Assembly (NCBI GenBank): GCA_038736825.1
Contig: JAVYME010000030.1
Location: 1 to 14,077 of the forward strand
Origin: Candidatus Iainarchaeum sp.
GTDB taxonomy: Archaea > Iainarchaeota > Iainarchaeia > Iainarchaeales > DTGL01
Length of the DNA stretch: 14,077 nt
Direction of reading: 5' to 3'
Part shown: positions 1-6,500 of the stretch, piece by piece
Position numbering within the stretch: the stretch's first letter is position 1
Layout of the letters: each line of letters opens with the position of its first letter
Translations under genes and position numbers: made by a program
The notes under the pieces: generated by a model
What the model saw: only the letters and a program-made list of their open reading frames with translations
What the model was told of the DNA's origin: nothing
The model's database searches: none

Positions 1-691
1 ATGCTTTTTCCTCTTCAATTATTTTTTGCAGTCCAGGAGAGCCTATTTCAGCTGCGTTTTTAGTGCTTGAAAGCAAATAGCGTGGAAAGGCAATCCTTAT
101 TTCAACCCACTGGTTTGCTGGAATATTGAATGCTTGAAACAATAATTTTTTGTTTTCCAGCAAACCGATTTTTCCGTTTAATTCTGGGTGGCCCCAGGAA
201 AAAACTTCTTTTGCATCGTTGACTGTGCCTGGCAATTCAATGTAGCCAATTATTTCTCCAAGGCTGTTATCCCAGCCCTCTTCCCAAACCTTCCAATAAA
301 ATTCGCCAACATCGGAGTACGCTTTTACTGCGCGGCTTACAGTGTACTCTATTTTGAAGGTTTTCCTTTCATTATGCGCAGAATAATACCAAGTCAGCCT
401 TTGACCGAATTCGCCCTTATTCCAATCGGTTTTCAATTCAATTGGAGTGCCGCTTGTTATGTCGAAAACCCTTGCTGTTCCATAAGTCCAGTTTCCTTGG
501 GCGAAATCCTTGTAAGCAAAGGAAAAATCTCCAGAAAAATTAAAAGTGATTTTTTCTTCTGCTTTCACTAATCCGTCTGGTTCAATTTTGTAATACAGTT
601 CTGCTTTTTCCAAAGAATAGCTTTTAGCCCAAGCCTGGCTTAAAAGAATGAAAAGCAAAACCAGCAATAAAGCCAAATTTTTGAAACGCAT
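1..691 (-). CDS. DUF2207-like exported protein, N-terminal part. The gene runs off the left edge of the window.
   Basis: This ORF is absent from the ORF track because it is truncated by the window edge. The reverse complement from the ATG at 691..689 reads MRFKNLALLLVLLFILLSQAWA|KSYSLEKAELYYKIEPDGLVKAEEKITFNFSGDFSFAYKDF...DVGEFYWKVWEEGWDNSLGEIIGYIELPG...FSWGHPELNGKIG...WVEIRIAFPRYL, with no stop down to position 1. It has a clear signal peptide ending in an AWA cleavage-type site. The FYWK..G..W / I.LP / W.HP.L.G / E.R..FP pattern matches my recollection of the extracellular N-domain of DUF2207 proteins. Confidence 0.75.
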   Translation of the reverse strand, partial: MRFKNLALLLVLLFILLSQAWAKSYSLEKAELYYKIEPDGLVKAEEKITFNFSGDFSFAYKDFAQGNWTYGTARVFDITSGTPIELKTDWNKGEFGQRLTWYYSAHNERKTFKIEYTVSRAVKAYSDVGEFYWKVWEEGWDNSLGEIIGYIELPGTVNDAKEVFSWGHPELNGKIGLLENKKLLFQAFNIPANQWVEIRIAFPRYLLSSTKNAAEIGSPGLQKIIEEEKA

Positions 692-711
692 TATAATATC
701 GCTATTGCACT

Positions 712-722
712 CTTAAAATATC
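712..722 (-). promoter_or_regulatory. Candidate archaeal TATA box for the DUF2207-like gene
   Basis: The minus strand reads GATATTTTAAG, centred about 26 nt upstream of the ATG at 691. That spacing fits an archaeal TATA box driving a leaderless or near-leaderless mRNA. Confidence 0.35.
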
Positions 723-743
723 TTTCCAATGCATACCATCAAC

Positions 744-753
744 TTTTTATTTT
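744..753 (+). promoter_or_regulatory. Candidate archaeal TATA box for the antiporter gene
   Basis: TTTTTATTTT is centred about 26 nt upstream of the ATG at 775. It mirrors the divergent box at 712..722 within the same 83-nt intergenic region. Confidence 0.35.
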
Positions 754-774
754 GGGGAGTCATTATTTTAGTGT

Positions 775-2268
775 ATGCCTGCTGAAGTTATTCCCCTAAC
801 CACTGTTGGCGTTATAGTGATTCTTGCCCTTTTCGGAGGGCTTTTTTTCAAAAAAATGCGGCAAAACGAGGTTATCGGGTTTATTCTTGCAGGCTTTCTC
901 TTGGGACCGTTTTTTTTGAACTTTTTGCATCCCGAGGATCCCTTGATTCAAGGTTTTTCACAACTCGGGCTTTTTTTTCTACTTTTTTATCTTGGCATAG
1001 AGCTTTCCTGGAAGGAATTTGTTAACGCTGGCTCTGCTGTTTTTGGCCTTGCAGTGCTTGACTTGCTGTTGATTATGGGAATAAGTGCAGCGTGCATGCT
1101 TTTAATGGGTTACAGTTTGTTTTTTTCGCTTGCGGTTGCTGCAATGCTTGGAAACACTAGCACTGCAATTGTGGCAAAATTCATTTTTGACAAGAATTTA
1201 GCGCACAGCAATGGTGCAAAGGTTTCCCTTTCCATTAATGTTTTGCAGGATTTTTTTGGAATCCTTTTGCTGGTTTTCCTTACAAGCATTGCTTCAACTG
1301 CTGGAAAGGATTTAAGCCTTTGGGAGATTGCTGGAACTGCAATCACTGCACTGGTTTTTGCTGTCAGTGTTTTTTATGCAGTGAACCGCCTTTCAAGGAT
1401 TGTGGAGAAATGGATGAAGGGAGAGGGTTTTGGTTTTAACAGGTTAACTCTTTACGCTCTCGGTGTTGTATTGATTGTTTCAACTTTGGGTCAAATGCTT
1501 GGGCTTTCTGAAAGCTTGGGCGCTTATTTTGGAGGTTTTGCTTTAAGCGAAACCAAATCCGGAAAAAGAATAAAAAAAGACTTGGTTTTCATAATGGATT
1601 TTTTCTTGATTTTCTTTTTTGTGGCTTTTGGAACCACTATTTTGTATGATTCAAGCCTGCAAAAAGTGGTTTTGCCTTCCATGACAGATTTTCTTTTAAC
1701 GCTTGGGCTTGCGCTTTTGCTGAGCTTTATAGTGATTTTCGGGCATTCTTTTGCAATGCGGTTTTTTGGAGCAATTTTTGGGCTTAGCGCTGAAGATGCT
1801 TCCCTTTCAGCAATTCTCTTGTTTCCCTTGGGCGAATTTTTGGTTGTGATTGCAACAGTTGTTTCCACTGTTTTGGTTGGAGCTGAAGCGAGAATTGTGA
1901 GCCTTTTGGGTTTCCTTTTAATAATAATAACCCTTTTGTTGTTCCAGCCGGCTTTTGAGCTTGCCGCCTTGCACCAAAAAATAATGTCTTGCATTCCAAG
2001 GCTTCCAAAGCCAAAGCCTGTCACTGTAATAAAGCCTTACACTCCGTACTCTTTAAAGCAAGTGAAAGACATTGGAGTGAATTTGTTCATTGTTTTATGC
2101 CTGGCTTGGATTGCAATAGTAATATACCTCACTTTGCCGGATTTCAATGTTCCAATTCTTTACAGCAGGGAAATCACCACTGTCCTGGTTTTTTTGTTCT
2201 TTGCCTCTTATCCTTTTTATAGTGCTTTAAGGGCTTTCAAGAGGATTGTGAGGCAGACAGCCTACTAG
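775..2268 (+). CDS. Cation:proton antiporter (CPA2 / Na+-H+ exchanger family) with two extra C-terminal TM helices
   Basis: The 497-aa polytopic membrane ORF has an N-terminus VIGFILAGFLLGPFFLNFL...LGLFFLLFYLGIELS, typical of the Kef/NapA-type Na_H_exchanger fold. It is hydrophobic throughout. ATG start, TAG stop. Confidence 0.8.
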   Translation: MPAEVIPLTTVGVIVILALFGGLFFKKMRQNEVIGFILAGFLLGPFFLNFLHPEDPLIQGFSQLGLFFLLFYLGIELSWKEFVNAGSAVFGLAVLDLLLIMGISAACMLLMGYSLFFSLAVAAMLGNTSTAIVAKFIFDKNLAHSNGAKVSLSINVLQDFFGILLLVFLTSIASTAGKDLSLWEIAGTAITALVFAVSVFYAVNRLSRIVEKWMKGEGFGFNRLTLYALGVVLIVSTLGQMLGLSESLGAYFGGFALSETKSGKRIKKDLVFIMDFFLIFFFVAFGTTILYDSSLQKVVLPSMTDFLLTLGLALLLSFIVIFGHSFAMRFFGAIFGLSAEDASLSAILLFPLGEFLVVIATVVSTVLVGAEARIVSLLGFLLIIITLLLFQPAFELAALHQKIMSCIPRLPKPKPVTVIKPYTPYSLKQVKDIGVNLFIVLCLAWIAIVIYLTLPDFNVPILYSREITTVLVFLFFASYPFYSALRAFKRIVRQTAY

Positions 2269-2274
2269 GCACGC

Positions 2275-2835
2275 TTATGGTGTGAGAGAGTGCTCTAAAA
2301 CAATCCTTGCCCCTATTGCTATCAAGATAATGCCGCCTAAAATCTCGGCTCGGCTTTTCAAGCGAACGCTTGCTTTTTTTCCAAAAGCAATTCCGCCAAG
2401 TGAAACAAAAAAAGTGGTGATGCCAATAAGCAAGACAGAGAAAAATATGTTTGTTCCAACGAAAGCAAGGCTTAATCCGACTGCGAGTGCATCAATGCTT
2501 GTGGCAACAGCCAAAAAAAATAAAACCTTGTTTTCAAAATAGTTTGTTTTTTTTGAATTGCTTTTTTTTCTTGACTCTAAAGCCATTTTCACTCCAATTA
2601 TTGAAAGGACAAGGAATGCTATCCAGTGGTCTAAGCCGCGAATTAATTCCAAAAATTTTATTCCAGCAAGCCAGCCAAGCAAGGGCATGACTGCTTGAAA
2701 AAAGCCAAAAAGGAAAGCAGTTTTAAGCGCTTGGCTTAAGCTAACCTTTTTGGTTGAAATTCCTGCAGCAAGGCAAACTGCAAGGCAGTCCATTGCAAGG
2801 GCAAAAGCTACAAGAAAAAGTGAAAAAAAATCCAT
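2275..2835 (-). CDS. mntP: Manganese efflux pump MntP
   Basis: The 186-aa ORF shows the duplicated MntP/DUF204 signature: AMDCLAV in the first half and ATSIDALAVGLSLAF in the second. It also has HWIAFLVL and a C-terminal RAEILGGIILIAIGARIV, all close to E. coli MntP as I recall it. Confidence 0.9.
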   Translation of the reverse strand: MDFFSLFLVAFALAMDCLAVCLAAGISTKKVSLSQALKTAFLFGFFQAVMPLLGWLAGIKFLELIRGLDHWIAFLVLSIIGVKMALESRKKSNSKKTNYFENKVLFFLAVATSIDALAVGLSLAFVGTNIFFSVLLIGITTFFVSLGGIAFGKKASVRLKSRAEILGGIILIAIGARIVLEHSLTP

Positions 2836-2840
2836 GCCAT

Positions 2841-2981
2841 TCAGCCTTTTGCAGGTTTCATTGAAGAAAGGGCTTGTGCAAGCAAACCGCTCTCTTTTAA
2901 GATTTCAATAGTGGGCGCAAGCAATATAAATGCAATTTTAGGAAAAAAAACTAAAACTGGAAATTGGATTGTTTTGTTCAT
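2841..2981 (-). CDS. Candidate small hydrophobic protein (46 aa) between the VIT1-like gene and mntP
   Basis: This ORF is below the size cut-off of the ORF track. The minus strand reads ATG AAC AAA ... GGC TGA, giving MNKTIQFPVLVFFPKIAFILLAPTIEILKESGLLAQALSSMKPAKG. It starts 9 nt after the VIT gene stop, preceded by GAGG 7 nt upstream of the ATG. It ends 5 nt before the mntP ATG, so it fills the spacer almost exactly. I recognise no homology. Confidence 0.3.
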   Translation of the reverse strand: MNKTIQFPVLVFFPKIAFILLAPTIEILKESGLLAQALSSMKPAKG

Positions 2982-2990
2982 TTGCAAGCC

Positions 2991-3476
2991 TCAGGTTTTT
3001 GGAAAGTTTTCCCCAATCCAGTCTCCAACAAAATGGGTTATTATTACTACCGCTATTGCTATAATCAAGTGTTCTATTACCACTTCATGGGTTTTTTGCT
3101 TTCCCTTGCAGCCAATGTATGCACTGAAAACCACTATCAAGGTTAAGCCATAGGCAACGCTTGCCATTATGGCTAGTTCAAGGCTGTCAATCAGGAAAAC
3201 TGGAATCACAAAAGTCATTGCGAAAAGGAATTTTGATAAAAAAGTGGCAAGAGTGGATTCCCAAACCTCTTTTTGAGAGTGCTTGTTTTCTGATTCCTCT
3301 GAAATATGGATTCCCAGTGCATCTGAAAAAGCGTCTGCAACCGCAATTGCTATCACGCCGCCAATTACTGCCATTTTGGAGTGAGTGCTTGAATGCAATC
3401 CAACCATCATTCCAAGAGTGGTAATTATTGCAGAGGTTAAACCAAAACTGAACCCTTTCTTCCAAGAATCGCGCAT
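2991..3476 (-). CDS. VIT1/CCC1-family (Fe/Mn) transporter, short archaeal-type form
   Basis: The 161-aa ORF contains GLTSAIITTLGMMVGL, AVADAFSDALGIHISEES and C-terminal TM helices, as in short membrane-domain-only VIT family proteins. Confidence 0.7.
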   Translation of the reverse strand: MRDSWKKGFSFGLTSAIITTLGMMVGLHSSTHSKMAVIGGVIAIAVADAFSDALGIHISEESENKHSQKEVWESTLATFLSKFLFAMTFVIPVFLIDSLELAIMASVAYGLTLIVVFSAYIGCKGKQKTHEVVIEHLIIAIAVVIITHFVGDWIGENFPKT

Positions 3477-3496
3477 GCTATAATAATCAGCTTATT

Positions 3497-3505
3497 GCTT
3501 TAAAG
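3497..3505 (-). promoter_or_regulatory. Candidate TATA box for the VIT1-like / small ORF / mntP operon
   Basis: The minus strand reads CTTTAAAGC, centred about 25 nt upstream of the ATG at 3476. Confidence 0.3.
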
Positions 3506-3527
3506 GGCTTACTCAAAAAAAAGCCCT
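3504..3527. promoter_or_regulatory. Perfect 7-bp inverted repeat AGGGCTT-N10-AAGCCCT (possible operator or hairpin)
   Basis: AGGGCTT at 3504..3510 and AAGCCCT at 3521..3527 are exact reverse complements. The repeat lies in the divergent intergenic region, in the BRE position directly upstream of the putative TATA box of the metal-efflux operon. Confidence 0.3.
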
Positions 3528-3581
3528 AGCAATAATTAAATACTTGAAAAACAACAATTATACCATTCTTTTAGTTAAAGC

Positions 3582-6500
3582 TTGCAGGAGATGGTTTTTT
3601 TGAAAAAAAAAGGACTTTTTGGAAACGGGTTGTTAATAGCATTACTGTTTATTACAATTATTTTGCTGGTTCTTTCAGCAATCAGGATTGTTGACATTTT
3701 GAAAAAAAAGGATGCAAACGCTCCCAACCAAAACGGTTCCTTGGATACGCCTGTTCCCGGAAAAACCTGCAGTGATGGCACTCTGTATGGAAAATGCTCT
3801 TTGCAAGCGCCAATGTTTTGCTCTGATGGAAAACTGGTAAGCGATTGCGTTTCCTGTGGCTGCCGTCTCAACCAAGAATGCGACAAAACCACCGGGCAAT
3901 GCAAGCCTAAAACTGTCTCGCTTGCCGAGGAATGCCTTACAGTTGAAGGCACTCGAGGGCGCACTGGCCCCAAAGCAGTTGAAAAGGTTTTATTGAAATG
4001 GGATTTTGAAAGCATTAATGAAAAAACCTGTGATGCCTCAAGCAATGCTTCTTTTTTTTGTGATCCAACCCAGTTTTCCATTAGCTTGGCATACAGGCTT
4101 AAAGGAATTGCTGAAAAAAGCATAGACCAAAATTCCCTGGTTTCTTCAGAGGAATTCGAATCTTTTTTGATTGCGGATAATTTTTCAGAGGATTTCCAGA
4201 AAGACTTTGCCTTTTACTATCAAAACACTTTTTTTGAAACCCCTTCTTGGTTTAATTCCAGTCCAATGCCTTGGGTGAAATATTTTTCTGACACTAAAAG
4301 ACTGGTTTTTTCGCCTCGCGACATTTTAGGGCAGGGTTCTGGCTTGTACAAGGTAAGGCTTTTGTTTGAATTTGAAGGAAACAACAAAAGGTTTTTTGAC
4401 AATGGAGAGCCAACTGCAAAAATCACAGTGTTTTTTGAGAAAAAGGGCGATTTTGAGGGCGAAGATTCAGCCTTTTACCATTTGCCCTTGAATGGAATGG
4501 TTGGAACCAATCGCCAGGACGAGGATGGAAAGACCGAGAGAAAGGATTATGGAACAGGTTTTACTGAAAAACAGCCCAGAATTGTGTTTGCAAAAACCAA
4601 AAGCGGGGACATTGATTCCAGTGCCAAAAGCGGAAAAAATTCTTTTGCAGTTGTTGTTTTGGACACCTTTGCTGGCACCAACAACAAGGCTGGCTTTGTA
4701 GCCCAAGTCAATCCAAAAAACAATTTGATAATTTTTTCTCCAAACTATGCTGTGGCATTGGTGGCTGGAATAAGGCTTGAAAAGGGCTCTGGCGGAATTT
4801 TTTACAGGATTTTTGAAGGCTTTGAAGCACAAGGCGCAACATTAAACCATTTAGCGTATTGGACTACAGTTGGACCGCTCAAGGCAGGCTCTGGCTTTTA
4901 TGGAGGAAAGCCGCTTGAACTTGAACCGGATGCAAAAATCGGGGACTCCGTGCAATGCTATGAAATAACTCCAGAGCAAAAAAAAGAGGTTTTTGGCTTG
5001 CAATGGCAAAACGCGGTTGCAGGCGAAAAAGTGTTAGTGGAATCCTTTCTTTTCATTCCATTTAAAAAGCGCTTGTTGGTTGAAAGCGTTTGCTCTGATC
5101 CAACCTTTGTTTTTGCAACTTCAACCCAAGCAATGTCGGGTGCAACAAAAAAAATGGAATTAAGCGAATCCGCTCTCAAAATATCAGAGTTTTATGAACT
5201 TGTTGGTTTGGTGAAGGAAAAGGATGTTTGCGTAGTTGACTGGGGTGGCGGGGAAATATTTTACTGGAATTCTAATTCGTTGAGAGCGCAAGAGGGAAGC
5301 GCGATTTCTCTTGCACTGGAACGCCTTGGCTCAGGGCAAACAACGCCGTCCCTTTATCCAAGCGCTTTCCTTCAAAGCTTTTCACAATCACAACAATTAA
5401 ACAAGTCTTTTTCAAGCGATTCACTAGTGCCATTCAACACTGGAAAACCGGTTTATGGATTGTCAGTTACAGGAAAAGCAACACTCTCCAAAGAAAACAG
5501 CATTATTCGTGTCATAATGGTGGATTCCAAGGGAAAAGAGTTTTTGGCTTTTGAAGCAGTTCCGCTTGTTAACGGCACTGGCTCTTTTTCGTTTGAAAAT
5601 GTTTGCGAGGAAACCTGCGCACTCAACGGAATAATGCCCTCTTTCCTGAAAATCCAGGCAAGCAACGCACAAATCGAGCTCGCACTGGTTTCCTTTTCAA
5701 CTGACCCGCAAAGAATTTCGCCAGCCCTAATGCCGCAAGGACTTCAAGCTTACAGCCAGCAATTGAAAAGCCAGCAAGAAGATTACAAAATCCAAAAAAT
5801 CAACGAAGAAATAAAGAAAAAAGGCTTGAAATGGATTGCAGGAAAAACCAAGCTTTCACAGCTCTCTTATGAAGAGAAAAAAGCATTGTTCATGGAACCA
5901 AACGAAAAAGGGGCACTGCCCTACCTCCACGGATTTGAATATTGTGCGAGTGGCTCTTTTGAAACTGGAGAGAAAAGCGTTTCGCCAACACTACAATCAC
6001 GTTTTCCAGAAAAATGGGATTGGAGGGAAAGGCATGGAGCAAACAATCCCTCATCACCCTATTACATGGGGCAAAATGGCTGGCTTTCAAGCATTAAAAA
6101 CCAAGGCGATTGCGGTTCCTGCTGGGCATTTTCAACAATTGCCGCATTGGAAAGCACTGCAAACCTTTACGCAAACAAAAACTTGAACTTGGATTTGTCA
6201 GAACAAGAACTGCTTTCCTGCAGTAGCGCTGGCAGCCCTGAAGGACCCTGTAAGGGAGGATTTATCAACAGCGCACTAGAATATATAAAAAACAAAGGAG
6301 TTTCCAGCGAGCAATGCATGCCATACCAGGCAACATTTACTGAATGCCAAAAGTGTGCTGAATCAAAGGCATCTCTAGTAAAAATTGGTTCTTTTGCCTC
6401 TTTCGAAAGCAATGAAGCTGTAAAAGAAGCAATAATAAAGAAAGGGCCTCTTGCAGCAGCAATTTGGTTTGATGCAGCCCATTCAGCTAAATCTCATGCA

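Noticed and set aside
188-571. 127-aa plus-strand ORF from the track (GTG start)
   Set aside because: It lies entirely antisense to the much better supported DUF2207-like reading frame, which has a signal peptide and family motifs and is open to the window edge. The plus-strand product is low-complexity and Phe/Cys-rich, with no motif.
1524-2024. 166-aa Lys-rich minus-strand ORF, plus the other short ORFs overlapping the antiporter gene (1110..1346, 1784..2014, 1989..2222)
   Set aside because: They are antisense or off-frame shadows of a T-rich membrane-protein gene. The Lys/Pro/Ser-rich translations are what antisense of Phe/Leu/Gly codons gives. No starts have promoter context.
2836-2990. 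Possible yybP-ykoY (Mn) riboswitch leader upstream of mntP
   Set aside because: I could not find the conserved riboswitch core elements. The spacer is instead occupied by a tightly packed 46-aa ORF, and the promoter context looks archaeal.
3603-3611. A9 homopolymer (preceded by T7) three codons after the ATG of the giant surface-protein gene, as a possible phase-variation switch
   Set aside because: A8-A9 and T8 runs are frequent throughout this AT-rich window, including inside mntP and intergenic DNA. The tract is therefore not distinctive, and it simply encodes the KKK of the positively charged n-region. It would only be worth revisiting if read data show length heterogeneity.
3575-4123. 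182-aa minus-strand ORF, plus the other short ORFs inside the giant gene (3675..3899, 4220..4426, 4467..4832, 4492..4701, 4958..5179, 5453..5672, 5836..6186, 5890..6090, 6167..6412, 6704..7125)
   Set aside because: All are nested in the 1252-aa ORF, whose frame is validated by C1 peptidase, repeat and PEGA motifs. The nested ORFs show no recognisable motifs.
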